A DNA stretch of 53,939 bases from the IMG/VR virus record IMGVR_UViG_3300032373_000012, positions 1-53,939 of that record; one strand, given 5' to 3'. Both the position numbers and the translations under genes were made by a program. Under the pieces are notes generated by a model. It worked only from the letters and a program-made list of their open reading frames with translations. It was not told the DNA's origin and made no database searches. Source of the stretch: a virus (taxonomy: Duplodnaviria > Caudoviricetes). Shown piece by piece: positions 17,624 to 25,875 of this stretch (its first letter is position 1; each line of letters starts with the position of its first letter).

Positions 17624-17759
17624 ACCTAGCTTGTTAGACGACATCAACCCCCATACAGATATCGTCCTGACTTGTTAGCCACAAGAAACTGATATACATA
17701 TATTGTGGTATTTGCCTAGCGGCCACCTGATTAAAACACTAATGGCTGCTAGGTTTTTT
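17624..17759 (+). ncRNA. Putative structured small RNA or attenuator leader
   Basis: Three hairpins; the last is GCCTAGCGGCCA/TGGCTGCTAGGT followed by a T tract. Confidence 0.5.
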
Positions 17760-17764
17760 AATAC

Positions 17765-17844
17765 GGCGGCGTGTAACATGAAGCGGTAGATGAACTGAAA
17801 ATAATCAGTAGGTTGCGGGTTCGAATCCCGTCACGCCACCACCA
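17765..17844 (+). ncRNA. tRNA-like element with a defective 6-nt anticodon loop
   Basis: GGCGTG/CACGCC acceptor, ACTGA-AAATAA-TCAGT, AGGTT variable loop, GCGGG-TTCGAAT-CCCGT, ends CCACCACCA. Confidence 0.8.
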
Positions 17845-17865
17845 ATTTAATAATAGGAGATATTT

Positions 17866-18099
17866 GTGGATAATCAACACAGAAAAATTAAAGGCTGTCG
17901 TGAACTTACTCAAAAAGAGATTGACGGTATGAACGAAATTAAAGAACTTGCTGCGAAAGTAGGTGATTTAGTCGAAAAGCTAGAAGGGTGCACTTTCGGT
18001 AACGAAATAGACGGTAGATGGTGTGCAATAGGAAAAACTAACCTACAACAAGGTTTTATGGCACTGACACGCGCAGTAGCCAAGCCTGGGTTCTTTTAA
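17866..18099 (+). CDS. acb2: Anti-CBASS protein Acb2 (cyclic oligonucleotide sponge) homologue
   Basis: MDNQHRKIKGCRELTQKEIDGMNEIKEL...GRWCAIGKTNLQQGFMALTRAVAKP closely matches the Acb2 pattern as I recall it; AGGAG SD, GTG start. Confidence 0.9.
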   Translation: MDNQHRKIKGCRELTQKEIDGMNEIKELAAKVGDLVEKLEGCTFGNEIDGRWCAIGKTNLQQGFMALTRAVAKPGFF

Positions 18100-18100
18100 A

Positions 18101-18268
18101 GTGCCTAAAAACGTAGAAGTACCGCACGTAATCGATTACATTGAGCAAAGAATAATTACTCTTACCCGTATCCAGTGCAGTACCTTGGAAGATGCTAAAA
18201 GAAGGGAAACCTCTATAAAAGAACTTAACGCTGTTCTTTGCTTGGTAACCCAACTCAGTTACGAATAA
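18101..18268 (+). CDS. Possible 55-aa hypothetical protein
   Basis: Open frame filling the gap after acb2; GTG start, no clear SD. Confidence 0.35.
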   Translation: MPKNVEVPHVIDYIEQRIITLTRIQCSTLEDAKRRETSIKELNAVLCLVTQLSYE

Positions 18269-18292
18269 CAGCAACAATAATAGGAGAAAATC

Positions 18293-18490
18293 ATGAAAAA
18301 CCTAATCGCAATAATTTTACTTACTTTCTTAGTAACCACTCAAGCCGATCCTGTCTTCGACGACAGTTTTGAGGAACCAAAGGCAATTTACATTATTGAT
18401 CACTTTTGCTTCGAGTACGACCCTATTACCGACGATTGGTACTGGGTACCTTGTCCCGTGGTGTTCGCTGATAGTTTCGAGCAGGAGTAA
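18293..18490 (+). CDS. Small secreted acidic peptide with two FxDSFE motifs
   Basis: AGGAG SD; signal peptide ending TQA; DPVFDDSFE and VVFADSFE; Cys pair. Confidence 0.75.
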   Translation: MKNLIAIILLTFLVTTQADPVFDDSFEEPKAIYIIDHFCFEYDPITDDWYWVPCPVVFADSFEQE

Positions 18491-18493
18491 TCG

Positions 18494-18871
18494 ATGAATA
18501 AAAAAATTTTCGGGTTGATTGTTGTAGGTATGCTCATAGCAGCATTTGTGTTTAATCTGAGTAGTTTTGAGATCACGGCGCGTAATGCGGTTGATGACTG
18601 TCCTTTGCATAATGTCCGTTGTCCACAGCTTATCCGGCCTATTGGTGCCGAACCAGAACTTTTCGTTGTCGGTGAGGCTATTGGTGATTATTGTCCTACT
18701 GACAAAGCGTTGGGTTGTTATTCCAGAGACATGAACGTTATTATCTTGGCAGAAGAGGACAAAGGTGTCATTGCTCACGAAAGGTGCCACTGGTTATGCG
18801 GCAATGAGCACATTGAAGATACTGTGGAAATACCGCTTAAAGATAAATTCAAAGCTACTAGGAGTAAGTGA
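18494..18871 (+). CDS. Exported or membrane-anchored mini zinc-metallopeptidase-like protein
   Basis: N-terminal hydrophobic helix; LGCY; VIAHERCHWLCGNEH (HExxH..G..H). Confidence 0.65.
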   Translation: MNKKIFGLIVVGMLIAAFVFNLSSFEITARNAVDDCPLHNVRCPQLIRPIGAEPELFVVGEAIGDYCPTDKALGCYSRDMNVIILAEEDKGVIAHERCHWLCGNEHIEDTVEIPLKDKFKATRSK

Positions 18872-19281
18872 TGTCGACTGATAGATTACTGGAAGTAGCA
18901 CAGGCAATACTACTTAAACGCATCGAATCTGATGCTACTGCTGCTTCTTACACGAGTACTGTATCTTCAGTTATGTACGAGGAAGACAAATTAGGTATTG
19001 TGAAAGATGCTGATAAAGCTGTTGTTGAATTATGTGTAGCTCAAGCACGAGAACTAATCAATGCAGTTTACCCTGTAATGACGCTAGACGACACCGACCC
19101 TTTCTGGAAAGTAGTTAAGCACGTGCAAAAAGACGGGGTTTACAAATTTTCTTGCCCTAAAGGTGAATGGAGCACTGCTTGTATTGAATATGACGTAGCT
19201 GTGCGTGACGCAAAACATTACTTCATGCAGTACGTACAGGATGGTATCTATGACGATATTCTTTCGGGAGAAGAGGAATGA
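18868..19281 (+). CDS. Hypothetical protein
   Basis: AGGAG SD, coupled. Confidence 0.65.
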   Translation: MMSTDRLLEVAQAILLKRIESDATAASYTSTVSSVMYEEDKLGIVKDADKAVVELCVAQARELINAVYPVMTLDDTDPFWKVVKHVQKDGVYKFSCPKGEWSTACIEYDVAVRDAKHYFMQYVQDGIYDDILSGEEE

Positions 19282-19556
19282 GGGTAATATTTGACACGAA
19301 AACTGGGTTGCTCACTCTGGACGATAGGACCATTAAGTTTGTTGCCCACAAAGGTGAGTACAGTATCGAGGGGCTTAACGGGGACGAAGAGAACTCTTCC
19401 TTGGCAGGCATGGTGGCTGTTAAATTGCATGATACCTTACGCGATGTTCAACAAGCCGAGAGAATGGCTAACCAAGACAAGCAGTACGACAATGATCCGT
19501 GGCAAGGCAATTTGTGCAACGATACCCTAGATAAAATTTATGAGAGGTTAATGTGA
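19278..19556 (+). CDS. Hypothetical protein
   Basis: Coupled ORF. Confidence 0.6.
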   Translation: MRVIFDTKTGLLTLDDRTIKFVAHKGEYSIEGLNGDEENSSLAGMVAVKLHDTLRDVQQAERMANQDKQYDNDPWQGNLCNDTLDKIYERLM

Positions 19557-19963
19557 TAAAATTCAACGAAAAAACTAATAACGGCCAATGCCGTTCCTGC
19601 GGTGGACGTGCTGCTGGAGGTCTGTGCCTCAAAGACAGAGTTAAAATGTGGGTTAAAGCACCCCTAGTGGACTATTCAATCGCTCCTGAAAACCGGTACA
19701 TGGATTATTTAAAAGGGCAAAACCCTAATCTGTTCAGACAACAATACCTTCAAGAATTTACAGCACCTGCGGATAGCATTACGATGACAGAAGGCTCTCG
19801 CAGTACTGGCATAATTTTAGACGAATGGGGCGGTATGGACGTAGATATGGCGAAGAAAGATTCTGAGCACACTGCTCACGAGTTTCGGCTGAACCCGCAC
19901 TTATTCGCCAACGGTATAAGTGTAACTAGAAGAAATGGGTTGCTGCAAATACCCGACGCATGA
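19553..19963 (+). CDS. Hypothetical protein
   Basis: GAGG SD; CRSC motif. Confidence 0.55.
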   Translation: MIKFNEKTNNGQCRSCGGRAAGGLCLKDRVKMWVKAPLVDYSIAPENRYMDYLKGQNPNLFRQQYLQEFTAPADSITMTEGSRSTGIILDEWGGMDVDMAKKDSEHTAHEFRLNPHLFANGISVTRRNGLLQIPDA

Positions 19964-20156
19964 TACACTGTGGAGAACAAGGGCGTGTTAATTCCTGGGT
20001 GTGATTACCCGAACAAAAAGTTATTTGGCTCAGATAACTAAAATGGTACCGATGCCTAGCCACTGCTTCCCTGACTCATGACTATAATTATTCAAGGTGG
20101 TGGCATATACAGGTTAAAAGTAACACTTAATACAACGACTGTAATCGTACAAGAGC

Positions 20157-20197
20157 AAAGCCTCCGCATTTTTAAGACGTGGAGGCTTTTATTTATT
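20157..20197 (+). terminator. Rho-independent terminator
   Basis: AAAGCCTCCGC...GTGGAGGCTTTTATTT. Confidence 0.7.
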
Positions 20198-20252
20198 AGT
20201 CAGACATGGTACACTTTGGGAAAATTTCCCCACAATAAAAAGAGAATGTCCC

Positions 20253-20342
20253 ATGATTGACCCAGAAAAAAGTAAAGAATTTATTGCCGTTGTCGGCATG
20301 ATCCTAGTAATATGTGTGATACTTTGGAGTACACTGAAATGA
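20253..20342 (+). CDS. 29-aa membrane peptide
   Basis: Not in track; MIDPEKSKEFIAVVGMILVICVILWSTLK; ATGA-coupled. Confidence 0.45.
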   Translation: MIDPEKSKEFIAVVGMILVICVILWSTLK

Positions 20343-20539
20343 AGATAAATATTAAAGAGATGTTGAAAGAACGCGGAGTTTCCCCACAAGAGGCAATGCA
20401 CTTAATAATGGAGTCTGCTCTAGCAGCAGGCCAATTCATGCTAGAAGCGCAAGAAGACCCTAGCCAAGCAGTAGCCTTTTCTGGCACTGACGAAAAAACA
20501 AACAAAAAATTTCAATTAATCGTGAGAGAAGTAAAATGA
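20339..20539 (+). CDS. Hypothetical protein
   Basis: GGAG SD before ATG 20339. Confidence 0.6.
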   Translation: MKINIKEMLKERGVSPQEAMHLIMESALAAGQFMLEAQEDPSQAVAFSGTDEKTNKKFQLIVREVK

Positions 20540-20796
20540 GTACATTAGGTGTATGTTTAAGTATTTACGTAGGATTTATCCTTTTATTTATGGCAGTATC
20601 CATGTTGTCCTCAAAGGCAAGAGACGTTATTGATGATATTGTGGACTTCGAGGAGCTAGGACTGTTTCTGCTACTGTGGCCAGTGAACTTATTCATCATG
20701 GTCTACATGTGGGCCTATACTGTTATTACCGAACACGATCGGGTTGTACGACTAAACGCAAGACTGCATAAGTGGTACAAACGCTACCAGAGATGA
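20536..20796 (+). CDS. Two-TM membrane protein
   Basis: Two hydrophobic segments, LLWP motif. Confidence 0.65.
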   Translation: MSTLGVCLSIYVGFILLFMAVSMLSSKARDVIDDIVDFEELGLFLLLWPVNLFIMVYMWAYTVITEHDRVVRLNARLHKWYKRYQR

Positions 20797-21434
20797 TAAA
20801 GGCGCCTTGGGAAGTTATACCCGCAAAAGCCAGTGAAGTCATTGAGGGATCGGTAGAGAGGATTCCTGACACACCGTTGCAGGCTCCGGTAGTTCTTTCC
20901 GAAGAACCGCCGTTGCTTGACGCCGATACTGATAGGCATAGCGTACTGCCTATTGTAGATGGTGACAGATCAACTCGGTTTAAACGCTTGATGGCGATGG
21001 AAGAGAAGTTCAGTAATCAACAATCGGTGCACCAACGCAAAGCTTTTGTTGTTGAGTACATAAAAGACTTCAGTTCCATAAAAGCACTTCGTAGATTATT
21101 TGTGGGTAAAACAAATAATTACTACGTCACCAAAACTAAGCGTTTTATGCAGTGCGGTTACGTCCAACTGCTTATAAGTATGGTTCTGGAAGAGATAGAA
21201 GAAGACGCTATTGTGACCAGAAAAGAAGTACTGACTTCCTTGAAAAAAGAAATGAATTGTTACGACTCAGATGCTACTTCGGCGTCTCGTGTTGCTGCAA
21301 GTAAAGCACTAGGTAAGCTTTTAGGTATGGAAGTTGATCGCTCAATCAGTCTTAGTCTGCAGGCCAAAGCCCCGCAGAACATAAGCAAAGAGGACGCAGA
21401 AGACTTCACTAAATTATTAGAAAGTAAGTTCTAA
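20793..21434 (+). CDS. terS: Terminase small subunit
   Basis: AFVVEYIKDF, TRKEVL, SRVAASKALGKLLGM; directly upstream of TerL. Confidence 0.8.
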   Translation: MIKAPWEVIPAKASEVIEGSVERIPDTPLQAPVVLSEEPPLLDADTDRHSVLPIVDGDRSTRFKRLMAMEEKFSNQQSVHQRKAFVVEYIKDFSSIKALRRLFVGKTNNYYVTKTKRFMQCGYVQLLISMVLEEIEEDAIVTRKEVLTSLKKEMNCYDSDATSASRVAASKALGKLLGMEVDRSISLSLQAKAPQNISKEDAEDFTKLLESKF

Positions 21435-22969
21435 TGAAGGTTGCACAGGCAGTAGAATCCGCATGGACAGATAAACAGCGCAGTATGCTGAAGTTCTCCC
21501 TTGAGGCGAATTTACTATTGTTCGCTAGGTACTTTTTCAGGATAAACGATGGCTCACAGTTCATTGTTAACCCGCACCACGTACTTATTTGTGAAACACT
21601 AGAACGAGTACTACGCGGTGAGATCACGCGACTGATTATTAATATCCCTCCAGGCTACACCAAGACCGAACTCGCCGTAATTTACTTTATTGCCCGTGGT
21701 CTGGCTATGAATCCCCGATCCAGATTTATCCACGCTTCTTATTCAGAAAATTTGACGATGCTTAATTCGTCGAAAATTAAGGATATTATCCTGTCCAAAG
21801 AATTTCAAGAATTATGGCCAATGGATTTACGTGCCGATTCTCAGTCTAAGAAAGCTTGGGTTAATACTGTAGGTGGTGGTTTATACGCACCTCCTGCGGG
21901 TGGTCAGATTACAGGTTTCAGAGCAGGTCGATCGGACGGTGAGGACGATAAGTCTTTTTCTGGCGCTTTTATCTTAGATGATCCAATAAAAATTGAAGAT
22001 GCCTTTAAGGACCCAGTGATCAATCTGATTAACAGTAGGTTTACCGGTACGTACGCTTCTCGTCTACAGCACCAAGAAGTACCCATCATTTTGATCATGC
22101 AACGGATTAAGGATAACGACCCGTCAGGTTACTTGCTGAAGGGCGGCTCTGGCGACAAATGGCATCACTTGAACTTACCTGTGATAATACCGACAGAGGA
22201 AGAAAGAAAAGAATACCCTAAAGAATGGACGCACGGTATCCCGATCCACCACAATTTACCAGAAGGTTTATTGTGGAAATACAAGCACGACTTCCCTGAT
22301 ATAGAAATACTAAAGCACGATGCTTACACGTACAACTCGCAGTACATGCAAAGACCTGCTCCAGTAGGCGGTGGTCTTTTCAAAGAAGACTATTGGGGCT
22401 ATTACGATACTATACCTCGTTTAAAAGTAGTAGTGTTGTTTGCTGATACTGCTACCAAGAAAGGGCAACACAACGATTATAGCGTGTTTCTCGCAGCAGG
22501 TCTGACGTACGATAACAAAGTTGCTATACTTGATGTTTACCGCAAAAAACACGAAACACCGGAATTATTGATAGCTGCTCGGCATTTTTGGAATAAACAC
22601 AAAAGGCACCACGGAACTAACCGGATTGGGGCAACTACTTTTAAAATAGAGGATAAAAGTTCAGGTACTTTCCTTATTCAGCAATTTAGGAGGGAGGGTA
22701 TCCCTGTTGGCGATATTCAACGAAACAACGACAAAGTGCAACGCGCACTGGCAGTAGCGCCGGAATTTTCAAAAGGTAATGTACTGTTGCCTTCAAAACC
22801 AACAGCATTGACAAACGCCCAATGGGTGTTAGATTATATTGACGAGCATTCTAAATTCACTGTAGATGACACGCATGATCACGACGATCAAATTGATGTC
22901 ACAATGGATGCGGTAGAGGTTCTACTGATTAAAGGTCTTTTTTGTATTTATGACAGTTTGCGTGAGTAA
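21434..22969 (+). CDS. terL: Terminase large subunit
   Basis: LIINIPPGYTKTEL, FILDDP, IMQR, SQYMQRP, ADTA, IEDKSSG, HDDQID. Confidence 0.96.
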   Translation: MKVAQAVESAWTDKQRSMLKFSLEANLLLFARYFFRINDGSQFIVNPHHVLICETLERVLRGEITRLIINIPPGYTKTELAVIYFIARGLAMNPRSRFIHASYSENLTMLNSSKIKDIILSKEFQELWPMDLRADSQSKKAWVNTVGGGLYAPPAGGQITGFRAGRSDGEDDKSFSGAFILDDPIKIEDAFKDPVINLINSRFTGTYASRLQHQEVPIILIMQRIKDNDPSGYLLKGGSGDKWHHLNLPVIIPTEEERKEYPKEWTHGIPIHHNLPEGLLWKYKHDFPDIEILKHDAYTYNSQYMQRPAPVGGGLFKEDYWGYYDTIPRLKVVVLFADTATKKGQHNDYSVFLAAGLTYDNKVAILDVYRKKHETPELLIAARHFWNKHKRHHGTNRIGATTFKIEDKSSGTFLIQQFRREGIPVGDIQRNNDKVQRALAVAPEFSKGNVLLPSKPTALTNAQWVLDYIDEHSKFTVDDTHDHDDQIDVTMDAVEVLLIKGLFCIYDSLRE

Positions 22970-23029
22970 GTATTAGTTTTTTACCACACCTTATGCTAAA
23001 GTTACAGGTATTTTACACACTCTACGCCT

Positions 23030-23428
23030 ATGACTGCTTCTTGTGACTACGAGAAAATAGCTATTTGCCACAAAAGGTCTGTGTCTTTTGTTAGGCAATC
23101 ACAGCTTCGTACAAATTTACCGCCTGAAGTAGCGGTGCCTGCTTTCCCTGATATAACTGCCTGGACTATACACGCTACTGCTAACACTAAGGCAGGCGTT
23201 GAAGTATTACGCATGACATCTAACGAGGCCGATCCAGAAATTGAGATAACCGATGGCATAAATAACATCTTTGTCACCACTATCCCGGATGACGTAATGA
23301 TTACTTTCCCTGTGGGAATACTGCGGTTTGATTATTTATTTTACGATGAAACAGGTAAACGTAGAGCCACCCGAACGGGGTACTTTAATATTGAGAAAGA
23401 AGAAACTATTCCAGTGGAGTTACCGTAA
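23030..23428 (+). CDS. BppU-N-like Ig-fold adaptor (putative virion protein)
   Basis: DITAWTI..IEITDG..FPVGILRFD..GYFNI pattern; precedes fibre gene. Confidence 0.5.
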   Translation: MTASCDYEKIAICHKRSVSFVRQSQLRTNLPPEVAVPAFPDITAWTIHATANTKAGVEVLRMTSNEADPEIEITDGINNIFVTTIPDDVMITFPVGILRFDYLFYDETGKRRATRTGYFNIEKEETIPVELP

Positions 23429-25143
23429 TGTCTGAGATATACATGGTAATGTCCGAAAACTTCATGACACTTGAAGATACGACTAAACCTATTTACCTGG
23501 TCCTAAACAATGTTGCTTCAGAGGGTGCTACAGAAACAGCCGAATCAATCAAAACAAAGTACGAATCAAACGCTGATACTAATGCTTTTACTGATGCAGA
23601 GAAAACAAATCTAGCCAATCAATCCGGTACGAACACAGGCGATATGAGCGATGCCGATGTAGTTGCTGCGGTTAATGCGGACTTAGGTAATTCTGATTGG
23701 CAAGTAGCCACTTCACCCGCAGGTTCACAGTATCAGTTACAGTTCAATGATGGTGCAAATGGCTTTGCTGCTAGTGCAAATCTAACTACAAATGTATATG
23801 GCTTGTTAGAGATAGATCAAGGCAATCAAACTAATAAATACGCCTTGCATATACATAATTTGGGAGATGGCACAACAGGGATAAGGATAGACCACAGAAG
23901 ATGGGGTTATGCGGATTTGGCTCAAGCTAGTATTGTAAATGGCAACTACAAGTTAACTGATGGATTCACAAATACATACGGAAAATTATGGTCTACAGCA
24001 GGAACGGGTGATACACAAGGACTTTACGTATTCAAAAACGGTGGTGCAGGAGCAGACTCTCCAGTTTTAGTAACCAAAGGCATGTTGGCACAAACAGCTA
24101 ACTTGTTTGAAGCAAGAAAATCAGATGAAACTATTGTAAGTAGCTTTAACAAGGATGGGCATTTAAGAATAGATCAAGGCTTGACAAGTAATGCTTTTGC
24201 TATTCAAGTCAGTAACATTGGTGCAGGTAATTCTGCATTCTCATACAAATGGGCTTTAGGTGAATATTCTCTTAGAGATGTAGGGGGTAAAGCTTATTTA
24301 GATGTAGTAAACAGACAAGGACTGTTAACAAAAGCACGTGGTTCAGGAGATACAGATGGTTTATTCATATTTGATAATGAAGCAGATGCAACATCACCCG
24401 TTTTAGTCACTAAGGGACATGCAACACAATCTGCTAACTTGTTTGAAGCACAGCAAGACGATGGAACTATTGTGTCCAGTGTGGATGCAAGTGGTAATCT
24501 AACAATCGGTGCTGGTCAAACATCTAGTTACTTAAAAATATCAGATGCAGGCGGTACAGATTTTTATTTGTGGAATGGTGCAGCAAGTAATACACGTTGT
24601 GGGTTTAGGCCTGCAACAATAAACAAGTATAATTGGTTCGCGTATAACGATGGAAGCATCGGTCTAGGTGGTCTTACTAATGTAACTGCTTGTGCGTCAG
24701 TCGGTGCATTGAGTACAACAAAAGTTAATTTTGACATTAAAATGTTTGCATCTCAGACAGCTAATGCTTTTGAAGTTAAAGATTCCACAGACGCGGTATT
24801 AGCAAGTATTGATGCAAGTGGTAATTTAACAGCTAATTCACTTGAGCTAGGAAATAACATTTCATTATCTTCACCAAGCAACGCTGTTTTTGATGTTGTA
24901 GCATTCAGCAATGCATTGGCTAGATTTAATGGCTATTCTGAATTGAGATTAAAAGACAGCATAAAAATTTCATGGGGCACTTCACACGCGGATACGGGAG
25001 TAGCAGACACAACAATAGAAAGAAAAGAAGCGGGTGTCATAGGCATACAAAGGCTAAACATATCAAACATTCCAACATCAGCAACAGGATTGTCAAGCGG
25101 TGACGTTTGGAGCGATGGTGGAACACTGAAAATAGTGACTTAA
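23428..25143 (+). CDS. Fibre-like protein with internal repeats
   Basis: Gly/Ser/Thr/Asn-rich; IKTKYESNADTNAFTDAEK; three QxANxFE..D..G.L repeats; C-terminal PTSATGLSSGDVWSDGGTLKIV. Confidence 0.7.
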   Translation: MSEIYMVMSENFMTLEDTTKPIYLVLNNVASEGATETAESIKTKYESNADTNAFTDAEKTNLANQSGTNTGDMSDADVVAAVNADLGNSDWQVATSPAGSQYQLQFNDGANGFAASANLTTNVYGLLEIDQGNQTNKYALHIHNLGDGTTGIRIDHRRWGYADLAQASIVNGNYKLTDGFTNTYGKLWSTAGTGDTQGLYVFKNGGAGADSPVLVTKGMLAQTANLFEARKSDETIVSSFNKDGHLRIDQGLTSNAFAIQVSNIGAGNSAFSYKWALGEYSLRDVGGKAYLDVVNRQGLLTKARGSGDTDGLFIFDNEADATSPVLVTKGHATQSANLFEAQQDDGTIVSSVDASGNLTIGAGQTSSYLKISDAGGTDFYLWNGAASNTRCGFRPATINKYNWFAYNDGSIGLGGLTNVTACASVGALSTTKVNFDIKMFASQTANAFEVKDSTDAVLASIDASGNLTANSLELGNNISLSSPSNAVFDVVAFSNALARFNGYSELRLKDSIKISWGTSHADTGVADTTIERKEAGVIGIQRLNISNIPTSATGLSSGDVWSDGGTLKIVT

Positions 25144-25167
25144 GTTAAACAACAACGAGAAAATAAA

Positions 25168-25527
25168 ATGAGTTTAAAAAAATTAATAGAAGTACAGAAC
25201 ACAGGAATAAGCGCGGAGCATTGGTTCATAGCTAATGTTAATATTAATTTCACGTATAAGCAGATAAGTGTTGATCTTGAGGGCTATAAAAGCAAGCAAG
25301 ATAGATTGGATGGGAAGAGCCCAATTCCAAGTGCGAGTATCAATTTCCCAATAAGAAATTGGAAAACAAGTACTTTCGATGAAGAGGGAATTGAGACTGT
25401 AATTAACCACAGAGATTATGCAGACTTTATGACACCTGAGTTAAAACAAATGTTGCGAGCAGAAATCAAAACGCATATCAGAACTATTGCAAGAAACACA
25501 GAGTTAAGCGATTCTGTTGATGATTAA
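25168..25527 (+). CDS. Hypothetical protein, possible fibre chaperone
   Basis: TGISAEHW..GYKSKQDR..GK.P; follows fibre gene. Confidence 0.55.
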   Translation: MSLKKLIEVQNTGISAEHWFIANVNINFTYKQISVDLEGYKSKQDRLDGKSPIPSASINFPIRNWKTSTFDEEGIETVINHRDYADFMTPELKQMLRAEIKTHIRTIARNTELSDSVDD

Positions 25528-25575
25528 GCTTAATCGTGGTAGACTTTCCAAAATACAACTAAGAGTAACGCACTA

Positions 25576-25875
25576 ATGCCTGAAAAAATGTTAGCCTTAT
25601 CTAAAATGTTAGGTGGCGTAAGCGGTAATTTCATAGCACTTGCTGTGATGAAACCTAAAACGGTGATGGACGCACTAAGCCGTATTATGACGTCTATTAT
25701 ACTGTCCTATTACATGACGACACCTATCGCTGAGTACTTCCTGGAGGAACCCTCTTTTGAAACAGAAATGGCCATAGCTATGGGTATAGGTTTATTCGGT
25801 TGGTTTGTTGTATCTATTGCATTACATACTATTAATTCTGCGAAAACCATTAAAGACCTAAAGGAGAAACTATAA
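25576..25875 (+). CDS. Putative holin
   Basis: About three TM segments, GGVSG, GLFGW. Confidence 0.6.
   Translation: MPEKMLALSKMLGGVSGNFIALAVMKPKTVMDALSRIMTSIILSYYMTTPIAEYFLEEPSFETEMAIAMGIGLFGWFVVSIALHTINSAKTIKDLKEKL

Noticed and set aside
17765-17844. Functional tRNA-Phe from the CTGAAAA heptamer
   Set aside because: In that register the flanking stem does not pair; spacing to the T arm supports the ACTGA/TCAGT stem
19553-19963. Terminase-like fragments (FRQQYLQEF, GIILDE)
   Set aside because: Too short and in the wrong order to support homology
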